From assembly GCA_937903325.1 (NCBI GenBank), contig CALCZR010000058.1, positions 129,034 to 193,033 of the forward strand: DNA of 64,000 nt, written 5' to 3'. The translations under genes and the position numbers were made by a program. The notes below the pieces were generated by a model that saw only the letters and a list, made by a program, of their open reading frames with translations, was not told where the DNA came from and did no database searches. Positions 36,782 through 45,534 of this stretch are shown here, one piece after another. This stretch comes from an uncultured Candidatus Saccharibacteria bacterium (GTDB lineage: Bacteria > Patescibacteriota > Saccharimonadia > Saccharimonadales > AWTP1-31). Every line of letters begins with the position of its first letter. The stretch's first letter is position 1.

Positions 36782-38467
36782 CTATTCTTTAGCGTATTGC
36801 TTGGCTATAAAAATAAGCATGCTAAATCCAGAAGTAAGTGCAAATACGCCACTTAAGACAGACTCATGACCCGAGCCAGTGTTAGGGGCGGACGCACCGC
36901 CGGTAGATGAAGGATTCTGGGTTTGGTCTCCAAGAACACCCTGGTAGGCACCTACACTGTAATAACCAGTCCGAGCTACACCGCGAGCATCGGTTGTAAT
37001 ACCCAGCACTTGTCCGCCCGCGTTTATTGCAGGGGAACCAGGAAGGAGCTTAATTGTTGGTACGGGGCCGCCATTATCTGCAACTTCGTGCTCTATGGTG
37101 TCATATAAGTTAGGAACGATCGTATAGTCGGTGCACTTTGGATCATCGGCCATATTATTTCCGAGGTTCTCGGGTGTTAGGTCATAGCTGCCGCTCAGAC
37201 CAAGAGCAGAACCATCAAAATCAGAACGACAGCTATAGCTATTGCCGTTAAAGGTATTGTGAGCTATTAGGCTGTTCTGAGCCGAACCACCCGATTCAGC
37301 ATCGATTGGCTGGCTATTGCCATCCAAAGTCGCACCAACTATGAAGAATGCTGGTATTGATCCAAAAGGACTAGGCGTAATTTGTGTCACACTGTTGCCT
37401 ACAACAGTAGAGTTAGTGAAGTTTATTTTTTCAGGCGCGTTAATGAGTAATCCGAAAAACCCACTGACGGAAGCGTGGTTATCAAACTCGTTAATAGCTT
37501 GATTATTCACGACCGTCACATTTGTTAAGTTCAAGCCAGGGTTGATATTGGCGACGCCAAGATTAAAACCGGTGACATAGGCAGGCTGAAAGGGGTTGCC
37601 ACTGCTTGATGCCTGTGTCGGCTGCGAGATATTTCCAGCGACCGTAACCGCATCTATTCTAATGTCTGCGAAAGCACTGTTCTCCTTATAATCAACGTTA
37701 ACACCTGCGTCACCCACGGATTGATTATCCATAACGGTTGTTCGTTCCAATGTTAGTGCTAGTGAAGCCGCAGTAGCTGAATTAGCTGCAACAGACAGAC
37801 CAGCAACTTCATCAACATCAGCACCCGAGTTATTATTGACTTGAGAATCTGCAACGGTTATTGAGATGTCATCAGTACTATTGACTGCATTAGCAATTAG
37901 GTACAACCCAACGGAATTACCTGTTGCAACATTGTCATGTATATTCGTATTGGTCACAGTGATATGTACTGCTCCAATTCTGACACCAAAACTGGAATTC
38001 TCTACCTCTACATCATCAATAGTTATGTCGTGAGCACCGTTTATATCAATTGCGTAGGGCGAGGCATCAATTATTTTAAATCCATTGAGCGTTTTATCGA
38101 TGGTGTTTGCAGCGTTTGCTGTAAAGCCTCGATAACCATTCGCGTCAATAGTTGTAACTGCCTTGCCAGCACCCTGGACAACGATGTCTGCACCAGAAGT
38201 AAACGAATTCAAATTTTCAGAAAGTGTAATCGTTCCTGCTGGCAGATTAATAGTATCGTTGGTTCCATATGCTGTACCAGTTTTTACGCAACCATTTCCA
38301 TCTACTGCATTATTAGTTGCATCAATTGCTTCGTTGAGTGTGCAGTTGCTATCTACTGCTAGCGTGGCTGCATGCACCCGACCCGAACCAAAGGCAAGCA
38401 CTGCCAAGAAGGCGAAGATTGCCAGAATGAGTTTATTTGTTTTTGATAGATTCAGAATGCTTTGCAT
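36782..38467 (-). CDS. Secreted beta-helix surface protein, family member 4 (most divergent, 561 aa)
   Basis: Signal peptide MQSILNLSKTNKLILAIFAFLAVLAFGSGRVHA. C-terminal DNGGPVPTIKLLPGSPAINAGGQVLGITTDARGVAR, then SAPNTG, a TM and KQYAKE. Confidence 0.85.
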   Translation of the reverse strand: MQSILNLSKTNKLILAIFAFLAVLAFGSGRVHAATLAVDSNCTLNEAIDATNNAVDGNGCVKTGTAYGTNDTINLPAGTITLSENLNSFTSGADIVVQGAGKAVTTIDANGYRGFTANAANTIDKTLNGFKIIDASPYAIDINGAHDITIDDVEVENSSFGVRIGAVHITVTNTNIHDNVATGNSVGLYLIANAVNSTDDISITVADSQVNNNSGADVDEVAGLSVAANSATAASLALTLERTTVMDNQSVGDAGVNVDYKENSAFADIRIDAVTVAGNISQPTQASSSGNPFQPAYVTGFNLGVANINPGLNLTNVTVVNNQAINEFDNHASVSGFFGLLINAPEKINFTNSTVVGNSVTQITPSPFGSIPAFFIVGATLDGNSQPIDAESGGSAQNSLIAHNTFNGNSYSCRSDFDGSALGLSGSYDLTPENLGNNMADDPKCTDYTIVPNLYDTIEHEVADNGGPVPTIKLLPGSPAINAGGQVLGITTDARGVARTGYYSVGAYQGVLGDQTQNPSSTGGASAPNTGSGHESVLSGVFALTSGFSMLIFIAKQYAKE

Positions 38468-38504
38468 GTGTTAGTTCCTATGTTAACGCTTGTGTTTAAT
38501 AGGT

Positions 38505-38533
38505 AGTCTACCCCCCCCGGAAATTTTGAGCAA
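38505..38533 (-). promoter_or_regulatory. Candidate promoter with G8 tract in spacer (member 4)
   Basis: TTGCTC-AAAATTTCC-G8-TAGACT, spacer 17 nt. C run 38511-38518. Confidence 0.5.
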
Positions 38534-38544
38534 GTCTAAGCTAC

Positions 38545-39243
38545 CTAGAAGGCTTCTGCGACAACAATCACCCGAGAGTCATAGGTTTTACTATCTTTGT
38601 CGAACTTACCAGTGCAGGTAATTAGGTTAAGCTGCTTAGAAATGGTCTTGTCACGCACAAAGAGAGCCGTATCGGCCTCTTTGGTGGAAACTGTTTGGAC
38701 TTGTTTGACTTTGAACCTTCTAACGCTTTTATCGCCAAATGTAACGCTAAACTTGTCGTCTGTTTTAAGTTTGCCAATGTTATAAAAGATACCTTTGGCA
38801 TACAGCCCATGTACATGGCCATCCAGAATGCTCAGACCATCTGCACCAGGCAAAACACTGCCCGTGTACCAGCCAGCCATATGCACATTATTAGGCACTA
38901 CCATCCGGTTTTCTTTATCTACGCCTACCTGCTGAATGAAGCCCCCTGCCTTAACAGTTGGAAGCTGGATTGATAGCGGTTTATCTGCGGTAACACTATA
39001 GTTTTTTGGGGGGAGTTGCTCACTGGGCTCATCAGTAGAAACGGTAGCCACGGTGTGCCCAGCCGGTACGCCAGCATGCTGGATTTTGTACCATTTGCGC
39101 ACAGCATTTACGCCGATACCTATCAACACTACGCCAACAATAAGAGCCACGAGCCGTGTTTTTTGCCGAGTTGAAAGCGACCGCCACTTACCCTTTGCGA
39201 TGTTCTTGGTGGTTTTCTTTGATCTTTTCTTATTGAGAGCCAT
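38545..39243 (-). CDS. Sortase (island copy 1)
   Basis: N-terminal TM; LDGHVHG (His), LITCTGKFD (Cys), SRVIVV (Arg). Starts 4 nt after the member 5 stop. Confidence 0.85.
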   Translation of the reverse strand: MALNKKRSKKTTKNIAKGKWRSLSTRQKTRLVALIVGVVLIGIGVNAVRKWYKIQHAGVPAGHTVATVSTDEPSEQLPPKNYSVTADKPLSIQLPTVKAGGFIQQVGVDKENRMVVPNNVHMAGWYTGSVLPGADGLSILDGHVHGLYAKGIFYNIGKLKTDDKFSVTFGDKSVRRFKVKQVQTVSTKEADTALFVRDKTISKQLNLITCTGKFDKDSKTYDSRVIVVAEAF

Positions 39244-39247
39244 GTAC

Positions 39248-40720
39248 CTATTTTACCGCAACTCGCTTGCGGAATGCATAGGTAATCATACTTATGCCAA
39301 GTGCACTTGCAATAATAGTCATCAGGGTTGAAGCAGTTTTTGCTCCGGTGTTTGGGGCGGCAGCACCGCCAGCATTTGCATTGGTTGTAGTTACTGCGCA
39401 GACTGCCCCTTCGAATTGGAAGGCTCCAACAGATGGACAAGTGTTTGGGCGAGCAATACCGCGGGCGTCGGTGGTAACTCCCAGAACTGAACTACCAGAT
39501 GAAATCGCGGGGCTTCCAGCCAACAGTGCGCGAGTAGGGACTACTCCACCATTGTTTTGGAGCGGGCCAAGGGTTGAGATGATATTGATGACATTTTGTT
39601 GGTCGCCTGTTTGATTAAAGTTCGCACAACTAGCGTCATCTGATATGTTGTAGCCAGCTGAAGTTATGGAGGTTGTAACCGTACCTTGGCCACCAATATT
39701 GCCGGTCATATCACCGAACGAACAGTTGGACGGCGACCCGTTGCTAAGGTTGTCTGCCATAAGGCTATTGCTCACCGTAACTGCTACATCAACACTGTCG
39801 CCAGCTTGATATGCGTTACCTGCCGCATAGAATGCCGCGGTGTTAAGCCCGGCCGTAAAGCCAGTCCCAGCAATTCCGCGTGTACCCGTGATAGTAATGT
39901 TATTGACCGTGGTGTTGATGGTTGCATTACCACCGTTCATACTGCCATAGCTTGCAAATGGCGCAGTCAAACCAGTGCTTGTAATGTCATCGACTGTCGT
40001 GTTGGTAATCGTCGATGTCAAGGCAGCATTATCACCACTAGCAACCATGATAATGCCATTCACACCGTTACCACCATTGTTATGCACGTCGGCAAGCGTA
40101 ACATTACGCAAACTAGCATTTACGACAGCGTCCGTCCTGGCCTCTACCCAGAATCCCTGTACATAACCACTTGAACTGTTAATCCCATGTATATAGATGT
40201 TTTCCGCTTCAACGGTATACGTTCCTGCAGTATTAGTCGAATACTGAATTCCAATGGTTCCAGTAGCATCTTGCCCATCTATCTCTATATTAGACAGCTG
40301 AACATTACGACTTAGCCTAACTGCGGTATCGGAAAACGCTGTAATCTTTAAGTCCCTAATAGTAACGTCAGTGGTTGCTGTAAGAACTCTATATTGACCC
40401 ATGTCGCCACTAATCGTTGTCTGGTTCATACCTACGCCAGCAATCGTTACAGGTACTGAAATATTGTTAACGTCACTGGTTAGCGTTTGTGTTCCTGCAG
40501 GAATATTAATGGTGTCGCTCGTTCCATAGCTTGTGCCAGTACAACCGCCCGTGTTCGTAGCATCATTTATGGAGGTGATGGCGTTGAATAACGAACAGCC
40601 GCCAGACACTGTTAGTGTTGCAGCATGTGCCTGACCGGAGCCAAGACCAACCACAGCCAGGAAGGCAATGGCTGCCAAAATGAGTTTGTTTGTTTTTGTT
40701 AGATTTAAAATACTTTCCAT
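39248..40720 (-). CDS. Secreted beta-helix surface protein, family member 5
   Basis: MESILNLTKTNKLILAAIAFLAVVGLGSGQAHA; conserved C-terminal block; AAPNTG, a TM and RKRVAVK. Confidence 0.85.
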   Translation of the reverse strand: MESILNLTKTNKLILAAIAFLAVVGLGSGQAHAATLTVSGGCSLFNAITSINDATNTGGCTGTSYGTSDTINIPAGTQTLTSDVNNISVPVTIAGVGMNQTTISGDMGQYRVLTATTDVTIRDLKITAFSDTAVRLSRNVQLSNIEIDGQDATGTIGIQYSTNTAGTYTVEAENIYIHGINSSSGYVQGFWVEARTDAVVNASLRNVTLADVHNNGGNGVNGIIMVASGDNAALTSTITNTTVDDITSTGLTAPFASYGSMNGGNATINTTVNNITITGTRGIAGTGFTAGLNTAAFYAAGNAYQAGDSVDVAVTVSNSLMADNLSNGSPSNCSFGDMTGNIGGQGTVTTSITSAGYNISDDASCANFNQTGDQQNVINIISTLGPLQNNGGVVPTRALLAGSPAISSGSSVLGVTTDARGIARPNTCPSVGAFQFEGAVCAVTTTNANAGGAAAPNTGAKTASTLMTIIASALGISMITYAFRKRVAVK

Positions 40721-40755
40721 TTATAATTCCTACTTTACGCTAGTGTTTAAATGGT

Positions 40756-40783
40756 AGTCTACCCCCCCGTAAGTTATTTGCAA
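40756..40783 (-). promoter_or_regulatory. Candidate promoter with G7 tract in spacer (member 5)
   Basis: Identical to the member 2 promoter and lies inside the exact repeat. C run 40762-40768. Confidence 0.5.
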
Positions 40784-40933
40784 GAACACCTGTTTGAACC
40801 ACTCGTATGTATTACCCTTACGGTTGACGATTGTGGCACATTTGAGGTAAAATGTAGCTACAATTGATTCGCTTTCCGAACTGTCACCGTATGGTGCGCG
40901 TGCCTGGGACAACCAGGATAGGAAGCGAATTTT

Positions 40934-41554
40934 TTATTTGAAGTACCAAATATCTTCAGTGCGCTTGTTGATAACTTTTAGGTAGATATCGCTGTCAGTT
41001 TTACGCTTTTGAGTTGTTCGTAAAAGACTACCCGCAACCATATCTGCCAGCTGAATCAAGTTATCATTCTTAGAGTTAACAAACTTCATATCTTTTATTA
41101 TGCTACCGTCTGGATTAGCCTGCTGGCGAAAATACGTTGTTGCCGCTTTCTTGTAGGACCGGTCTTCGTGACCATCAAGACGAATCCGTCCATCGGTAAT
41201 CTTGCCAGCACTTTTAGAGAGCACCTCTTTGATCATGTAGTTATAGAATTTATCCTTGTTTCTCCTAAGTTCAACGCTTCTGATGATAGACTTATCGGCG
41301 ACTATTGCCCGAACCCGGAACTTACAACTTTTTATCTCGTTTAAAAAAGCGAGACGTATATCTTTACTAGCTTTGTTGAACTTAAACTCATGATCGTCTC
41401 GCCATCCAAGCGAACGACGCAATCGCTTGATCTTAAGTGCCGTTTCTTCGGCATCAAGGTTGTCATCAAAGACAATGCAGGCAATAACAAAGTGTGTGCT
41501 CGAACCCTTATCAAATTTAAAGCCCGGATCTCCTGAATCATCTATGAATACCAG
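40934..41554 (-). CDS. DUF3800 domain protein, copy 2 (identical to copy 1)
   Basis: Identical sequence to 26931..27551. Confidence 0.65.
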   Translation of the reverse strand: MVFIDDSGDPGFKFDKGSSTHFVIACIVFDDNLDAEETALKIKRLRRSLGWRDDHEFKFNKASKDIRLAFLNEIKSCKFRVRAIVADKSIIRSVELRRNKDKFYNYMIKEVLSKSAGKITDGRIRLDGHEDRSYKKAATTYFRQQANPDGSIIKDMKFVNSKNDNLIQLADMVAGSLLRTTQKRKTDSDIYLKVINKRTEDIWYFK

Positions 41555-41603
41555 TATGTATTATATGATCATATTTAGCTCAAAGCTACTGGACAGGTCT
41601 AAA

Positions 41604-43100
41604 CTAGGCTCGCTTGTGAGCGAAGACATAACCGAGAGTTAATAGCCCGGTAAAAGAAGCAAGCAACGAACTTACGAGAGAGACAGGGTTAGCGCCGGTG
41701 TTTGGAGCTCCGGCATTAGTTCCTGCGTTAGTCGTAGAGGCCGCACAGACAGCTCCTTCAAATTGGAAGGCTCCAACGGAAGGACAATCGCTTGGGCGGG
41801 CAATACCACGAGCATCTGTAGTTACACCGAGTACTGAACCGCCCGAAGCTATGGCTGGTGAGCCAGGAAGGAGAGCACGAGTCGGAACAGCACCACCATT
41901 GTTCTGGAGAGGGCCGAGAGTGGAGATGATGTTATTGACGTTTTGTTGGTCGCCTTCTTCAGTAAAGGAGGTACAAGTAGCATCGTCGGAGATGTTGTGA
42001 CCGAGGGAGGCAGTAGTCGCAATTCCAGTTCCCGTCCCGCCAAAGCTACTAGTAAAGTTGGCGGACTCACAGTTGGAAGAGTTAGTATCAGTTAGGTTAT
42101 CAGCGAACAGACTATTACCCACACGAAGCGTAGAGGTTGCTACATCGCTACTACCCAACCCTGCTGCGGCTGAATAGAAAGCTGCTGATTTAATACCAGC
42201 AATCGGGAAGATAGCACCAGTCGAACCTCGGTTCCCAGTAATAGTGCTATTATAAACATCTACTGTTACATTTGCCGTGCCCCCACTAGCGAAAGCAAAG
42301 GTTGCATACGGCGCGCTAATTTCGCTGGCGCTTAGGTTGCTAAGAGTTGCATTACTGATAGTGCCATTGATATTGCCTACTGCACCAAAAGTGGGTACCG
42401 CCCCAATACCTAAGACAAACCCATCGAACGAGCCGCCGGAGTTGCTGGAATCGGCTAGAGTTATATTACTAAGATCGGCGGTTGTTGTTCCACCCCCGCT
42501 TTGGTGAACCGAGAATCCATACATAATATCATGATCATCATTAATGTCATGTAGGTAGATATTATTGCTTGTGATTGTCTTACTAGATGAAGTACTGTTG
42601 ACGATAATTATGCTATAGAAAGCGTCTGTGGCCCCCGTACCATCAACTTCAATATTCTCTAGTGTTACGTCACAGTCCTCGGTGCTGACCGCAGACTCTC
42701 TATATGCCGTCACTGTTAGATCAGATATAGCGATAGTTACATCTTGAGCTTCAAAGGCAACAGCATCACTGTCACCATCAACAATAGTATCGCCAATACC
42801 AGCCCCCTGTATCGTTACATCTTCAGTAATAGCGGGTAGACTTGCGGTAAGCGTAATGGTTCCTGCAGGAATAGTGATCGTGTCATTTGTGCCATATGAA
42901 TCAGGAGATACCACTGCAGTACAGCCAGATTGATTTGCGCCAGCGTTTACTGAGTTGATGGCAATTGGTAGCGTACAGCCTCCGGTCACGTTGAGCGTTG
43001 CAGCGTTAGCTCGTCCAGAACCAAATGTAAAAACAGCAAGAAAGGCAAAGGCGGCAAGAATTAATTTTGTTGTATTTGTTAGATTCAGAATGCTTTGCAT
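41604..43100 (-). CDS. Secreted beta-helix surface protein, family member 6
   Basis: MQSILNLTNTTKLILAAFAFLAVFTFGSGRANA; conserved C-terminal block; GAPNTG, a TM and HKRA. The C-terminus is closest to member 3. Confidence 0.85.
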   Translation of the reverse strand: MQSILNLTNTTKLILAAFAFLAVFTFGSGRANAATLNVTGGCTLPIAINSVNAGANQSGCTAVVSPDSYGTNDTITIPAGTITLTASLPAITEDVTIQGAGIGDTIVDGDSDAVAFEAQDVTIAISDLTVTAYRESAVSTEDCDVTLENIEVDGTGATDAFYSIIIVNSTSSSKTITSNNIYLHDINDDHDIMYGFSVHQSGGGTTTADLSNITLADSSNSGGSFDGFVLGIGAVPTFGAVGNINGTISNATLSNLSASEISAPYATFAFASGGTANVTVDVYNSTITGNRGSTGAIFPIAGIKSAAFYSAAAGLGSSDVATSTLRVGNSLFADNLTDTNSSNCESANFTSSFGGTGTGIATTASLGHNISDDATCTSFTEEGDQQNVNNIISTLGPLQNNGGAVPTRALLPGSPAIASGGSVLGVTTDARGIARPSDCPSVGAFQFEGAVCAASTTNAGTNAGAPNTGANPVSLVSSLLASFTGLLTLGYVFAHKRA

Positions 43101-43137
43101 GATTTAGTTCCTATGTTAACGCTTGTGTTTAATAGGT

Positions 43138-43166
43138 AGTCTACCCCCCCCCGATATTTTGAGCAA
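43138..43166 (-). promoter_or_regulatory. Candidate promoter with G9 tract in spacer (member 6)
   Basis: TTGCTC-AAAATATC-G9-TAGACT, spacer 17 nt. C run 43144-43152. Confidence 0.5.
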
Positions 43167-43177
43167 GTCTAAGCTAC

Positions 43178-43861
43178 CTAGTAGGCTTCAGCCACGACAA
43201 TCACCCGAGAGTCATAAGTTTTGCTATCTTTATCAAATCGACCAGTGCAGGTTATGAGGTTGAGCTGCTTGGGAATGGTCTTGTCGCGTACAAAGAGAGC
43301 GGTATCAGCTTCTTTGGTAGAAACTGTTTGGACTTGTTTGACCTTGAACTTTCTAACGCTTTTATCGCCGTAAGTTACCGTGAATGTATCACTAGTCTTG
43401 AGCTTACCCAGGTTGTAGAAGATTCCTTTAGCATATAGCCCATGCACATGCCCGTCGATAATACTGAGGCCAGCATCACCAGGCAAGGAGCCCTTGGTGT
43501 ACCAGCCAGCCATATGGACGTTGCTTGGTACTACCATCTGATTATCTTTGTCTACGCCTACCTGCTGGATAAAACCTTCTGTCTTAATTGTTGGCAACTG
43601 AATAGACAATGGCTTATCTTCTGGAACGCTGTAACTGTCCGGTACTGGCTGTTCGCTGGGAGCATCGGTGGATTCTGTTGCTACGGTGTGTCCAGTCGGT
43701 ACACCGGCATGTTGAATGAAGTACCAGTTTCGTATTGCATTCAGGCCAACGCCAACAAGTAATATGCCTACTATGAATAACGCAAAGCGAATATTTCGTT
43801 GATTCTTAGAGACTGCTCCACGCTTTGATGAATTACTTCTACGCTCCTTGAATCGAACCAT
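43178..43861 (-). CDS. Sortase (island copy 2)
   Basis: Paralog of 38545..39243 with a near-identical C-terminal half (VRKFKVKQVQTVSTKEADTALFVRDKTI.KQLNLITCTG.FDKDSKTYDSRVIVVAEA). Starts 15 nt after the member 7 stop. Confidence 0.85.
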   Translation of the reverse strand: MVRFKERRSNSSKRGAVSKNQRNIRFALFIVGILLVGVGLNAIRNWYFIQHAGVPTGHTVATESTDAPSEQPVPDSYSVPEDKPLSIQLPTIKTEGFIQQVGVDKDNQMVVPSNVHMAGWYTKGSLPGDAGLSIIDGHVHGLYAKGIFYNLGKLKTSDTFTVTYGDKSVRKFKVKQVQTVSTKEADTALFVRDKTIPKQLNLITCTGRFDKDSKTYDSRVIVVAEAY

Positions 43862-43876
43862 AGGTACTAATATAGA

Positions 43877-45376
43877 CTAGCTCGAGCGTTGTTGCTTGTG
43901 GAATACGTATGTTAGTAGTCCAATGCCGAGCATGCTGGCAAGCACATTGAGTATTTGTGCTACAGATCCAACGCCCGTGTTTGGAGCTCCTGCGTTACTA
44001 CCGCCAGATGCAGATGGAGTAGAAGCACCGCAGACTGCACCTTCATATTGGTAGGCACCTACAGATGGGCATTCATCTGGGCGTGCTACACCACGGGCAT
44101 CTGTAGTAATACCGAGGACAGAACCGCCAGCAGAAATTGCCGGAGAACCAGGAAGAAGTGCACGAGTTGGGACTGCGCCTCCGTTGTTTTGAAGAGGGCC
44201 AAGGGTGGAAATGATGTTATTAACATTTTGTTGATCGCCTGGTTGGTTGAAACCAGCGCAACTGGCATCGTCTGAGATATTGTAGCCAGCAGAAGTAATG
44301 ATGCTATTTACCGTGCCGACTCCGCCAACGTTACCTGACATATCTCCATAGGAACAGTTCGACGATACACCGTTATTTAGGTTGTCGGCCATAAGACTAT
44401 TGCTAACTGTAATGCTAACGTTGGCCTCATCACTAGGACCTCCGGCAAGTCCGGCGGCATAAAAAGCGGCCGTGTTTAACCCTGCAGTGATACCGCTACC
44501 CGCAAAGCCACGCACACCAGTAACGGTGATGTTATTGATATTAGTCGTTGCGGTGGAATCGCCATTTGTCGCTGCAGCAAATGTTGCAAACGGCGCTACG
44601 ATAAGTGAACTCGTGATGTCGTGAATAGTTGCGTTACTAATAACAGACGTGATAGTGCCGCCCCCATTACCTGGATAACCAGCGGATAGAATAATCCCGT
44701 TCACGCCAGCCAAAGTATTGTGGACATTAGCAAGTGTAATGTTGTTGATGTTTACATCATAATGCCCACCAGCTCGTGAGCCGACGCTGAACCCCTCTGC
44801 ATATTGCCCGTTTGTGCCAGTAAGACTATGGATATAAATATTCTCGGCACTGACATCTAACGAAGCACTGTTACTCGAAAAAATTATAATGCCATTTGCA
44901 TTACCTGTCTGGCCGGTGCCGTCTACTTCGATATTCTCGAGGACTACATCGCAGTTGACCAGCTGAATTGCTGTCGCCTTACTTGCAGTAACTTTTAGAT
45001 CGGTAACGGTAACAGATCCTGATGCCATACCGGTTTCAAACACCTTCCATGCATTACCGTTAATTGTGGTTTGGCTCATGCCAGCACCATGTATTTCCAC
45101 TGACTCTGTAAGCAGCGGCAGGTCGGCCGCCAACGTAACGGTACCGGCAGGAATGGTAATGGTGTCACTCGTCCCGTAGCTAGCACCCGTTGCTGTGCAA
45201 CCAGACTGGTTTGCTGCAGCATTAACAGAGTTGATAGCAATTGGCAGCGTGCAGCCACCCGTTACATTAAGAGTTGCAGCATGTGCCCTACCCGAACCAA
45301 AAGCCAAGACTGCCACAAAGGCAAAAGCCGCTAGGACTAATTTGTTTGTTTTAGTTAGATTCAGAATACTGAGCAT
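43877..45376 (-). CDS. Secreted beta-helix surface protein, family member 7
   Basis: The family N-terminus begins at MLSILNLTKTNKLVLAAFAFVAVLAFGSGRAHA (ATG 45376). The track ORF's 44-aa upstream extension runs through the promoter and G tract. GAPNTG, a TM and HKQQRSS. Confidence 0.85.
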   Translation of the reverse strand: MLSILNLTKTNKLVLAAFAFVAVLAFGSGRAHAATLNVTGGCTLPIAINSVNAAANQSGCTATGASYGTSDTITIPAGTVTLAADLPLLTESVEIHGAGMSQTTINGNAWKVFETGMASGSVTVTDLKVTASKATAIQLVNCDVVLENIEVDGTGQTGNANGIIIFSSNSASLDVSAENIYIHSLTGTNGQYAEGFSVGSRAGGHYDVNINNITLANVHNTLAGVNGIILSAGYPGNGGGTITSVISNATIHDITSSLIVAPFATFAAATNGDSTATTNINNITVTGVRGFAGSGITAGLNTAAFYAAGLAGGPSDEANVSITVSNSLMADNLNNGVSSNCSYGDMSGNVGGVGTVNSIITSAGYNISDDASCAGFNQPGDQQNVNNIISTLGPLQNNGGAVPTRALLPGSPAISAGGSVLGITTDARGVARPDECPSVGAYQYEGAVCGASTPSASGGSNAGAPNTGVGSVAQILNVLASMLGIGLLTYVFHKQQRSS

Positions 45377-45412
45377 GGTGAGTTTCCTTATATAATTTAT
45401 AGCGTTACCGGT

Positions 45413-45442
45413 ATTGTACCCCCCCCCGAATATAGTGCGCAA
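45413..45442 (-). promoter_or_regulatory. Candidate promoter with G9 tract in spacer (member 7)
   Basis: TTGCGC-ACTATATTC-G9-TACAAT, spacer 18 nt. C run 45419-45427. Confidence 0.5.
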
Positions 45443-45534
45443 ATTATTCTGGAAGATCATGTCTCTTTCCTTTGGAAACAGACCAACCATTATTTGCTTT
45501 GCAAACACTGGTTACAAAATAAGGACTTCACATA

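Larger units (their letters stand above)
40713..41578. repeat. Exact segmental repeat, copy B (partner 26710..27575)
   Basis: See copy A. Confidence 0.8.

Noticed and set aside
45377-45508. 44-aa N-terminal extension of the member 7 ORF (track start 45508)
   Set aside because: All six paralogs start at M.SILNL. The extension crosses the G9 tract and promoter and has no similarity to the other copies.
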